A stretch of 64,000 nt of DNA. Source: an uncultured Planctomycetia bacterium (GTDB lineage Bacteria > Planctomycetota > Planctomycetia > Pirellulales > S012-138). The position numbers were made by a program, and so were the translations under genes. This document shows, piece after piece, positions 22,182-31,261 of this stretch. The DNA is taken from contig CAVSWR010000039.1 of the NCBI GenBank assembly GCA_963731685.1, forward strand, positions 59,004 through 123,003. The letters run 5' to 3'. Numbering within the stretch: position 1 is the first letter of the stretch; every line of letters begins with the position of its first letter. The notes beneath the pieces are model-generated. The model was not told the DNA's origin and did not search any database. It saw only the letters and a program-made list of their open reading frames with translations.

Positions 22182-22438
22182 CCGCCACGAATTCCCTCGC
22201 TGTGGCAAGGTGGGCGGCAGGAAGTTTGTCGCGAAAGTCGAGTTTTTTGGGCGCCGAGCAGCACGCTTTGGCGACGTTTATCAGCGGCCGCCGGCGATGA
22301 ATCCGTTTGATGCGCTTCTAAGGGGTAAAGATATTTTTCGCCAAAAAGGTGGCGTCAAAACGCGATTTATGGCACAATCGGTGTTTGGGGGTCGGTTGGG
22401 ATCAATTCTTTTACTCGTTTAAGGTGGGGGACCATCTC

Positions 22439-23392
22439 ATGGCTCGCCGAGCGTCGCGAATTGGTTTTACGTTGGTTGAATTGCTCGTGGTGATCAGCAT
22501 CATCGGCATGTTGATGGCCCTGCTGCTCCCTGCGGTGAACGCCGCCCGCGAATCGGGTCGCGCCAACACGTGCCGTAATAACATGCGCAACTTGGCGTTG
22601 GCTGTCATCAGCTACGAGAGCACCTCCGGCGCCTATCCGGGCTACTACGACGGCATTCGATCCACCAGTTCTAACAGGTTCATCGGCCGCCCGCTGGTGT
22701 ACATGGTCTTCCCGCAGTTGGAGCGCAACGACCTTTACGAGACCTACGGCGCACCCACCACTTCCGGCGGAATCACGGTTGGCACGAATTCGAACTTGAG
22801 CGATACAAGCGTCAAAATCTTGATCGACTTCCTTCAGTGTCCGAGCAATCCGCACCAGACCGCAGGCAGCATTAGCCCCACCGCGTTCGTTTACAACTGT
22901 GGCAGGGCCGGCGCCACCGATAGTTTCAACAACGGCGTGTTTACCTACCGCTACAATTCCACCTCACGTCGCGCGGGCAACAGTTCGGCGAATCTCACCA
23001 GCCACGACGGCACGACCAATACGCTCATGCTCTCGGAGAACATCGGCTCGCAAAACCAAAACCAGACGACCGGCGGATGGTGCAGCGCCACGGAGGCTCG
23101 TATCGGTTTCGTCTGGCAAGACCTCAACGATACGAATGGCGGAAAGCCTCCGTATCGCATCAACGGGAACAAAGGCCAACGCACGAATTTTGGTTCTACC
23201 GCCTCGGCGCATCCCTCCAGCAACCATCCGCAAACCGTCAACACGGCGTTTTGCGATGGCCACGTGCGCGTAATCAACGAGAGCATCCGCTACACGGTCT
23301 GGACGCAACTGATGACCACATGGGGCCGCCAAGCCACCGCGAGCACCAACCAGGTGCGTAAGTACACGCTGAACGATTCGGACATCCCCTAG
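22439..23392 (+). CDS. DUF1559 prepilin-type protein, copy 4
   Basis: Same motifs; highly similar to copies 1 and 2. Confidence 0.95.
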   Translation: MARRASRIGFTLVELLVVISIIGMLMALLLPAVNAARESGRANTCRNNMRNLALAVISYESTSGAYPGYYDGIRSTSSNRFIGRPLVYMVFPQLERNDLYETYGAPTTSGGITVGTNSNLSDTSVKILIDFLQCPSNPHQTAGSISPTAFVYNCGRAGATDSFNNGVFTYRYNSTSRRAGNSSANLTSHDGTTNTLMLSENIGSQNQNQTTGGWCSATEARIGFVWQDLNDTNGGKPPYRINGNKGQRTNFGSTASAHPSSNHPQTVNTAFCDGHVRVINESIRYTVWTQLMTTWGRQATASTNQVRKYTLNDSDIP

Positions 23393-23448
23393 ACTGCTTG
23401 AAGCGGCAAGTCGCCAGACAGCACACCCCCACAAAATTGACGCGAATG

Positions 23449-23480
23449 AAACCCTGCCGCCACAGCGGCGGGGTTTTTTT
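23449..23480 (+). terminator. Intrinsic terminator after the DUF1559 array
   Basis: aaaccctgccgc-caca-gcggcggggttt followed by a T run. Confidence 0.8.
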
Positions 23481-23679
23481 GTCGCCGCTCGTTTCGCGCA
23501 CTCCCTGCGGATCGCGGTTGAGCTACGACCCCACACGGAACCGAGGAGCAGTTTATCCTGGCCGTTCGCTGACCGCGCCGGCCAATCCAGAGTTTTTCCG
23601 GCGCCGGAGCGGAACCTATCGAATATGATGAAGTGTGGGGGCAAGGCGATGAATTGGCAGTGTACCCGACGGAGATAGC

Positions 23680-25068
23680 GTGATGCGAACCCGGCGTTTT
23701 GGAATGGCGGCCGCGCTGTTGGCGATTATAGTTTTGCCGGCGGCGGCCGGAGCTGACGACAACGCAAGCGCGGACAGCAGCCCTGGTCAGGCGTTGAAAA
23801 ACTATGTCGGCAAGGCCGATGGCAGTTTTCGGTGGGTCAAACGCCGCGAGGGCCAACTGGGCTCCGCCTCGTTCGCCGAGTTGACGCTGACCTCGCAGAC
23901 CTGGAAGGGGATTCCCTGGAAGCATCAACTCTTCATCATCAAGCCGCAGAACGTCGACAACCACAAGCAAGGCGTGCTGTTGATCGCCGGCGGCCGGTGG
24001 CGGCCCGAGTACTCAGGACCGGCCGATCCGGCCAAAGACCGCTTGCCAAAGGAAGCCGTGCTGTTGGCTAATGCGGCCAACCTGATGAAATCGCCCGTCG
24101 CCGTGTTGCTGCAGGTACCGCAGCAGCCGATCTTCGACGGCAAGGTGGAAGACCAGATCATCGCCTACACGTTCGAACAATTCCTGCGGACGCGCGACTC
24201 CGAGTGGCCGCTGCTATTGCCGATGGTCAAAAGCGCCGTCCGCGGCATGGACGCCACGCAGCAGTTTGTCGAGCAGGAATGGAAACTGCGAATCCAGAAT
24301 TTCACGGTCACCGGCGCCAGCAAACGCGGCTGGACCACCTGGCTGACCGGCGCCGTCGAGCCGCGGGCGACCGCCATCGCCCCCATGGTCATCGACGTCT
24401 TGAACATGCCGGCCCAAATGAAGCACCAACTCAAGGCCTGGGGCAAATACTCCGATCAAATCGACGACTACACGCGCCGCGGCATCCAGAAGCACATGCA
24501 AACCGCGGCCGGAGAGGCGTTGAATGCGATCGTCGATCCGTTCTCCTACCGTACTGCGCTCACGCAGCCCAAACTGTTGCTGATCGGCACGAACGACCGG
24601 TACTGGCCGTTGGACGCTTTGAACCTGTATTGGAAGGACCTCTCCGGCGACAAGTACGTGACCTATGTGCCGAACAACGGCCACGGCCTGAACGACATTT
24701 CACGAGTTGTGGGAAGTGTGATGGCCTTGCACCGCGCCGCGGCGGGCGAGATCAAACTGCCCAAGCTCGACTGGAAGCTCGACGACGCCAACGACGCCTT
24801 GCGGGTGAGCGTCTCGTCGGATCAGCCGCCCAACGACGTGGTCGTCTGGGTCGCCACTTCGCCGACCCGCGACTTCCGCGACGCGAGTTGGCGGTCGCAA
24901 CGCGCCGCGAAGCGCGACGGTGTGTGGCGTTTCGAGATGCCGCATCCCGCCTCGGGTTTTGCCGGAGTGTTTGGCGAAGCGGTGTTCGGCGAAGGCGCCA
25001 ACCGGTATTTTCTTTCGACCAACGTGATGATCGGCGCCGCGCGGCCGGCTCCCGGCGGCGGCTCCTAA
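23680..25068 (+). CDS. pqaA: PhoPQ-activated pathogenicity-related (PqaA-family) exported alpha/beta hydrolase
   Basis: LTSQTWKGIPWKH, EDQIIAYT, LLLPMVKSAVRGMD, GASKRGWTTWL nucleophile region, VPNNGH. Confidence 0.88.
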   Translation: MMRTRRFGMAAALLAIIVLPAAAGADDNASADSSPGQALKNYVGKADGSFRWVKRREGQLGSASFAELTLTSQTWKGIPWKHQLFIIKPQNVDNHKQGVLLIAGGRWRPEYSGPADPAKDRLPKEAVLLANAANLMKSPVAVLLQVPQQPIFDGKVEDQIIAYTFEQFLRTRDSEWPLLLPMVKSAVRGMDATQQFVEQEWKLRIQNFTVTGASKRGWTTWLTGAVEPRATAIAPMVIDVLNMPAQMKHQLKAWGKYSDQIDDYTRRGIQKHMQTAAGEALNAIVDPFSYRTALTQPKLLLIGTNDRYWPLDALNLYWKDLSGDKYVTYVPNNGHGLNDISRVVGSVMALHRAAAGEIKLPKLDWKLDDANDALRVSVSSDQPPNDVVVWVATSPTRDFRDASWRSQRAAKRDGVWRFEMPHPASGFAGVFGEAVFGEGANRYFLSTNVMIGAARPAPGGGS

Positions 25069-25487
25069 TCGGACAGCGCCCCTTTGCACGGTTGGGCGGC
25101 GGAAAGAATCAGCCGTTTTGGCGCGGTTTCCCGGAACGCGACGAAACCGGCGCTAATTATCCAACCCCTGGCTCGCTACGGCGCACTCGGCCGCGCTGCG
25201 TGCTTGTGTCATAGCCGAAAGTGGCGCTGTCCGAGTAAAGCTCCGCAAAGCCGAAAGCCAACGAAGCGCGGCGGCCGCCCCGAATGAAATCCCGCGCGGC
25301 CAAGCGGCTCGAAGCTCGCGTTTCTCCCAGCACACCCGTACAGGCGGGAATCCAGGCGTTTGCCTGGAAGGCGCCGTCGGCTAGAATGTCGCTTTGCCGG
25401 GCATCTGCTCCAGGTGTGGCGGAACGCTCGGCCCGCTAGCATATTCTACAGACCGTATTCACTCGATTGAAAAGGAGGCTTTTTCCC

Positions 25488-25677
25488 ATGGGCATTAGCG
25501 AGCGTCAAAAGGAAATTCGGCGGCGGCGGCAACGCAAGAAGAAACTGGCCAAGCTCGAAGTGAAGCTCAAGAAGGGCAACCCCGCCGAGCGGGCCAGCAT
25601 CGCCGAAAAGGTGCGCAGCGTTGACGCCCGGCGCTGAAAAGGTAATTGAGAACTGGGGCTTGGAGGAAGTCGTCTAA
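25488..25677 (+). CDS. Small basic DUF6800-like protein (frameshift near 25620)
   Basis: Not in the ORF track. AAGGAGG RBS; MGISERQKEIRRRRQRKKKLAKL...IAEKVRS/LTPGAEKVIENWGLEEVV-TAA. Confidence 0.7.
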
Positions 25678-25730
25678 TTGGAAAGCGCTTTCAGCGCTTG
25701 GGTCGCGGCGCGTTCGAGGAGAATTTCCGC

Positions 25731-26996
25731 ATGAGTTCGGTGCAGATTCGGCTATCGGTCATGATGTTCCTGCAGTACTTCGTGTGGGGCGCATGGTTCG
25801 TGCCGTTGGCGACATACTTGGGCACACTGGGATTCTCCAATCCCGAGATCGGCTTCTCGTTCAGCACGGCCGCTATCGCGGCCATGATCTCTCCCTTCTT
25901 CGTGGGCATGGTGGCCGACCGCTTCTTTTCCACGCAGCGCATTTTGGCCGTGTTGCACCTGGTCGGCGGAGGGCTGTTGTTTTACGTCGCCACGATTGGC
26001 GAATTCAAGTTGTTTTGGCCCGTGCTGTTGGCCTACTTTCTCTGTTACATGCCCACGCTGGCGCTCACGAACTCGCTGTCGTTTCACCATTTGGAAGACC
26101 CGCAACGGCAGTTCCCCCTGGTTCGCGTGCTGGGCACCATCGGTTGGATCGTGGCCGGCCTGCTGATTGGCGGACTTGGCTTGGCGGAGACAAACATCGC
26201 GATGCAAATCGCCGCGGGCAGTTCGATTGTGCTGGGGTTATACTGCCTGATGTTGCCCCACACACCGCCGGGCAATCGCGGGGGGGCGGTCAGCGTCCGT
26301 TCCGTTCTCGGGCTCGACGCGCTGGGCCTGATGAAACAGTTCCCCTTCGCCATCTTTGTCATCGGGTCGTTCTTGATTTGCATTCCATTGCAGTTCTACT
26401 ACCTTTGGACCAATCCGTTTCTGACCGAGGCCGGCGCGACCAACGCGACGGGTCTGATGACCATCGGGCAAATGTCCGAGATTTTCTTCATGCTGCTCAT
26501 GCCGTTCTTCTTTGCGCGGCTGGGCGTCAAATACATGCTGCTGGTTGGCATGTTCGCCTGGACCGCGCGCTACCTGCTGTTCGCCTACGGTGGCATCGAG
26601 GGCATCGGTTACATCATGTTGCTGGGAGGCCTGGTCCTGCACGGCATTTGCTACGATTTCTTTTTCGTCACCGGTCAGATTTATGTTGACACCAAGGCCA
26701 ACCCACAAATCCGCGGGGCCGCGCAGGGGTTTATCGCCTTTGTCACCCTCGGCGTGGGCGGCTTTATTGGGGCGAACATTTCCGGTTATGTCGTGGAACA
26801 CTATACGACAAATGAAGTGCATCAATGGCAGGCAATCTGGCTTTGGCCGGCCATGGGCGCCGGCATGGTGATGATCTTGTTCGCGTTCTTATTCTTTGAC
26901 CGCGAAGCCGAAATCGCCGCCGCGCACGACCCCGAGGCGTTCGAGCACGTGGGTGGCGAGCCGCTGGCGCCGGAGTCGGCTTCCAGCCCACTGTAA
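25731..26996 (+). CDS. MFS nucleoside:H+ symporter (NupG/XapB family)
   Basis: RLSVMMFLQYFVWGAW, ADRFFS, YMPTLAL, RVLGTIGW, GQMSE, LHGICYDFFFV. Confidence 0.93.
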   Translation: MSSVQIRLSVMMFLQYFVWGAWFVPLATYLGTLGFSNPEIGFSFSTAAIAAMISPFFVGMVADRFFSTQRILAVLHLVGGGLLFYVATIGEFKLFWPVLLAYFLCYMPTLALTNSLSFHHLEDPQRQFPLVRVLGTIGWIVAGLLIGGLGLAETNIAMQIAAGSSIVLGLYCLMLPHTPPGNRGGAVSVRSVLGLDALGLMKQFPFAIFVIGSFLICIPLQFYYLWTNPFLTEAGATNATGLMTIGQMSEIFFMLLMPFFFARLGVKYMLLVGMFAWTARYLLFAYGGIEGIGYIMLLGGLVLHGICYDFFFVTGQIYVDTKANPQIRGAAQGFIAFVTLGVGGFIGANISGYVVEHYTTNEVHQWQAIWLWPAMGAGMVMILFAFLFFDREAEIAAAHDPEAFEHVGGEPLAPESASSPL

Positions 26997-27024
26997 CCCA
27001 TCGGCCCCAAACGGAGGCGTTGCC

Positions 27025-27595
27025 ATGAGCCGAGCCTACCGCATCCGCGTGCGAGAGACCTTGCGGCGCATGATCCGCGCCGGCGACTCGGTCACCTCGC
27101 AGCTCGAATTGCTGCAGATTCTGCCGGCGGCTGACATGGCCGAATTGCTGGCCGCGGAACTGCGCCGCCGCGGGTTCCAAGGCGATGACGGAGGCGCTGT
27201 CGCGCGAGCAAGACGGCGTTCGCATCACCATCGACGCCGGCAATGGCGCCGTCACGGTGCGCACGGTCGCCGATAAAGAGGTCGATCTGGCCAGCGAGCG
27301 AGAGGCCCGCGTCTACGACGATTCCGGCCCCCACCGCGAGGAGGCCAAAGAAAACCTGCGCAAACTGGCTCAAGACGACCTGGAGAATCAGGCCGCCGAA
27401 ATCCAACGGCGACTGCGGCAGGAGGCCACCGACCAACTCGAAGCGGCACTGGCTGACGTGCGGCGAGAACTCGATCAGGCCGTCAACCGCACCACGGCCG
27501 AAGCCTTGAAACGCAAGGCCGCGCAGCTTGGCCAAATCAAGGAGATGACCGACGATCCTCAAACCGGCTCGCTGACGATTGTGTTGGAGGTTTAG
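27025..27595 (+). CDS. Hypothetical partner protein of the AAA/M41 protease (frameshift near 27188)
   Basis: GGAGG RBS; MSRAYRIRVRETLRR...LLAAELRRRGF joins ORF 27185-27595; coiled-coil middle; C-terminus QLGQIKEMTDDPQTGSLTIVLEV. Confidence 0.75.
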
Positions 27596-27622
27596 CTTGG
27601 CCGCTAACGAGGCAGGTTCACG

Positions 27623-29721
27623 ATGTCCGCGCTCATTCCCGAATCGCAACTGCCGCGGGAGCTTTCGCCCGAGGCCTCGGTCGAGGCCGCCTATGTGTCG
27701 GAACTCGCGGAGATCGCCGGCGATTTGACGCGCGGTTTGCCGGCCCTGGTCGAGTGCGACAAGGACCTGGCCCCGTTCGTGTTCTTGAACGTTCGCGCCC
27801 GGCTCAAACAGGCGAACCTGCGCTGCCTGTATCTGGATGGCCGGCCGCGCGAAGGGCAAGCCGACGCCTCCCTGGGATTCGTCGGTTCGATGCTCGTCCA
27901 ACTTCGCGATGCGGTGCGCGGCGCGGTCGAGCAGCGCGTCGTCGTGCTCCCGCACCTCGACTTGCTCACCACCAGCCAAGGCGCCCTCACGGCCGAAGCC
28001 CGCGAGGTGATTCCGCTGTTGTATGAGAACCCCGATCTGGTGTGGCTTGGTTTCAAAGACCCGTCGTTTCCGCTGCCGCGCGTGATCGAGAACCTCTTTC
28101 CGCGGCGATATTCGCTGCTGGGGGTTCCCCGGCAGAGGCTGCAATATCTCATCACGCAAGCCGAAGCGCGAAGTTCGGGCGCGAGTTCAATCCTTGGGCT
28201 CTGTATAAATTCGTCTCCGGCGTGAACGCCGTGCGTTTGCGGCGGCTGCTCGATTCGTTGCAAGGCGAAGACTTTCCGGCCGACCCGCAACGGGCCTACC
28301 AGCAAATCCGCCAAGCCACGATGGGCGGTAGCCTGGAAGTTCCACACGTCGATTTGCACCGCGACATCGGCGGATACGAAAAAGTGAAACGCCGGCTCGA
28401 CGCCGAAATCCTCGATTGCCTCCGCCGCAAAGACCAACTCACCGACCCCGGGCAAATCCGCCGGCTGGAGGAACTCATTCCCAAGGGCATGATCTTCTGG
28501 GGCCCGCCCGGCACGGGCAAGACCCTGTTCGCCAAGGCCCTGGCTACGGCCATCGGCGCCGCCATCACGGTGGTCTCCGGGCCGGAACTCAAGAGCCGCT
28601 GGGTGGGCGAAAGCGAAGAAAACCTGCGGCAGATATTCCACCGCGCGCGGCAGTCGGCGCCTGCCATCATCGTGTTCGACGAGTTGGACTCCTTCGCCAC
28701 GGCCCGGGGAACCTACACCGGCTCGGGCGTCGAACACTCGATGGTCAACCAACTGCTGACCGAGATGGACGGATTCCACAGCGAGGAGTTGGTATTCGTC
28801 GTCGGCACGACAAACTTCGTAGAAAGCCTCGACCCGGCGCTACTGCGGCCCGGCCGGTTTGAATTCCTGTTGCACATTCCGCACCCCGCGGCCGACGATC
28901 GTCGCGAGATCCTCCGCATCTACAATCAGAAGATGGACCTGCGTCTGACGGAGGACGCCTTGGAATACGCCGTCCGCCGCACGGGCGAATGGGTCGAAGG
29001 CGCGGCGGCGGGCACGCGCTTCAGCGGCGACCACATCAACGCTTTGTGCCGGGCCATCGCCCGCATCCGGCTGCGCGAAGACGCGCTGGAGGAGGCGACC
29101 GTCGAAGCCGGCGTAGACCGGGCGATGACCGAGTGGATCGATCGCCCTGTAATGACCGCCAGCGAGGAGCGCGTGGTGGCCACGCACGAAGCCGGGCACG
29201 CGGTTTGCGCGCTGTTCTGCCCGCACTCGCCGCCGATCGACCGCATTTCGATCCGGGCCGACGTCGCGGGCGCCTTGGGATTCGTGCGATATCAAGACCC
29301 GGCCCATCGCTACGTGGTGACCCAAGGCGAGTTGCTGGACGACATCTGTGTTTTGCTGGGCGGGCGCGAGGCCGAGGCGTTGTTGCTCGACGATATGTCG
29401 ATCGGCGCCAGCGCCGACTTGCAGCGGGCCTCGGAGATCGCCAGGGCGCTGGTCGAGGAATTCGGCCTGGGGGGCGACGCTGTGGGCGTTTGCCGGTTCC
29501 TCTCCGACGCCGGCGACGGCCAGCGCCGCACCGGGCTTTCGCCCCAGCAGCTTGAAACGCTCGACTCGCGGGTGCGCGAAATCCTGGAGGAGCAGCGTCT
29601 TCGCGCCGCCGGGATCCTGCGGGAGCAGCAGACGGTCGTCGAGTGTCTGCGAGATTTGCTGTTGGAGAAGAAAGTCATCAACGCGCAGACGCTAGGCGCC
29701 TTGGTCGGACGCGGCTCGTAG
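27623..29721 (+). CDS. Soluble FtsH-like AAA+ ATPase/M41 zinc metalloprotease (frameshift near 28170)
   Basis: Walker A GPPGTGKT, pore loop SRWVGESE, Walker B IVFDELD, SRH LDPALLRPGRF, HEAGH, LLGGREAE, GASADL; no TM segments. Confidence 0.88.
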
Positions 29722-29933
29722 CGAATCTGCCATAGCGGCGCACCTCAGAATCAACCCGATCCCGCCGACGCGGGTTCGAACCCTCTGGCGCACCATTGGC
29801 AATGGCGCAACGCGCGCGGTATAAACTACGCCGACCGCCGTTCGGCCTCGGTCGGCAATCGACGAGGCTTCCTTCCGGAGCGCGGTCCGTGGTCCACGGT
29901 TGGATTCTGTACTTTTCAATGGGATGGGAACAC

Positions 29934-30410
29934 ATGAAACGCAATGAGTTAAACCGTCGAGATTTTGCCAAGCTCACCACAGCGGCCTTGGGCGGCATGA
30001 TGGCGGGCAGTCTCGTCGGCTGCGGTGGCGAGAAACCGGCGCCCGAGGCGGGCGGGGGCGGCGGCGAACAAGCAGCCGAGGCCGACGAACAACTGCTGCT
30101 GGTCGAACCGCACGTGTGCCGTGGGTTGAATACCTGCAAGAACAAAGGCGCCAGCAAAGAGAACGAGTGCGCCGGCCAAGGAACCTGCGCGACCGCCAAG
30201 CATCACGACTGCGACGGCCTCAACGAGTGCAAGGGCCAAGGCGGCTGCCACGGAGACCTACAAGGCATGAACTCCTGCAAAGAACACGGCGGTTGCGATG
30301 TGCCGCTCTCGGAAAACGCTTGGAAGGCGGCCAGGACCAAGTTCGAAGAACTGATGAAAGCCAAAGGCAACGAAGTTGGCGCCGCGCCGCCCAAACCGGC
30401 CGAGAGTTAG
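29934..30410 (+). CDS. Tat/lipoprotein with repeated CxGxNxCKxxGxC motifs (BufA2/bufferin-precursor-like)
   Basis: LNRRDF Tat motif, LVGC lipobox, CRGLNTCK, CDGLNECKGQGGC, GMNSCKEHGGC. Confidence 0.8.
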   Translation: MKRNELNRRDFAKLTTAALGGMMAGSLVGCGGEKPAPEAGGGGGEQAAEADEQLLLVEPHVCRGLNTCKNKGASKENECAGQGTCATAKHHDCDGLNECKGQGGCHGDLQGMNSCKEHGGCDVPLSENAWKAARTKFEELMKAKGNEVGAAPPKPAES

Positions 30411-30467
30411 CCGCCGGCGGTGGGCCTTCGTTCGCCGGGCGAAGGCGAACCTATCGTAGAGCAAACG

Positions 30468-30507
30468 GAAACGCCGCCGGAGGGAACTTCCCCCCGGCGG
30501 CGTTTTT
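30468..30507. terminator. Bidirectional terminator between convergent genes
   Basis: gaaacgccgccgg-agggaacttccc-ccggcggcgtttttc. Confidence 0.75.
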
Positions 30508-30585
30508 CGCGCGCGGGCAGTCTCGCAAGCGAAACTGCCAACGGTCGGCGAGTCCCCCAACCCGCCGGAGAAGCGTGTTCGACGA

Positions 30586-30804
30586 CTACCAGCAGCCGTA
30601 GCCGTAGTAGTACGTGTAAACCGGCGTGTAGCAACTGCGGTAGTACACAGGGCGGTAGTAGCAGCGGTAAACCGGGCGGTAGCACGGCGTGTAATACGAG
30701 GTGTAGCAGCCCCAACCGGCCTTGGCTTCGGCGCCGGCGTTCATCGCAAACAAAGCGGCCACGAACAGACAAGACAACAGCGTCAGCTTCTTCACACGTG
30801 TCAT
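30586..30804 (-). CDS. Small secreted Tyr/Cys/Arg/Pro-rich peptide
   Basis: Signal peptide ending AKA, then GWGCYTSYYTPCYRPVYRCYYRPVYYRSCYTPVYTYYYGYGCW; GGGGGA RBS; terminator downstream. Confidence 0.75.
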   Translation of the reverse strand: MTRVKKLTLLSCLFVAALFAMNAGAEAKAGWGCYTSYYTPCYRPVYRCYYRPVYYRSCYTPVYTYYYGYGCW

Positions 30805-31130
30805 CGCTCAATCCCCCAAGATTATAAAAATGAAACGTTGCGTGCGGTTTGGCTCCTTCGCCCGACCGCTTCTACTGAGGGAATTCGATTCAGGATGAAA
30901 CAGCGGTCAGCGCCAGCGGAGTTTTTTGTTGAATTCTCGAAAAGATGAGCCGATAAATCGACGTAACCTGTGGCGTCGGCTGCGATTGCCGACGTTGCCG
31001 GCGTCGCGATTTTTTCTCAAGCCGCGCATAAAACACGCCCGACGCTGGCTCGCGACCGGGCCTGAGTGCTTCAAAATCGGCGCCCGCTCAAGCGGTTGGC
31101 GCCCGCAATTCGCCGAACCCTGATGGACTG

Positions 31131-31261
31131 CTAGTGCTTTGTTCCACCTTGATTTTAGGGTAGCCGAACTCGTGAGAGTTCGGGAATTCGTTACTGCGAT
31201 TGAACTTCCAGAAGTCTCACGACTTCTGCTACCGGAATTCTTAGCGTTGACGGAGCACTAG
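31131..31261. mobile_element. CTAG-bounded MITE carrying an inverted GTAG-REP pair; its terminal CTAG supplies the aroE stop
   Basis: Ends ctagtgctttgt.../...ttgacggagcactag. Internal GTAGCCGAACTCGTGAGAGTTCGG and inverted GTAGCAGAAGTCGTGAGACTTCTGG. Confidence 0.65.

Noticed and set aside
22370-22386. Sigma-54 promoters before DUF1559 copies 2 and 4 (tggcaggatcggtgg / tggcacaatcggtgt)
   Set aside because: The -24 element is plausible and shared by both copies, but the -12 GC is absent; too weak to call.
18896-23392. Diversity-generating retroelement acting on the DUF1559 copies
   Set aside because: Several A-to-G differences exist, but many differences are at non-A positions, whole genes are duplicated rather than a short TR/VR pair, and there is no reverse transcriptase in the window.
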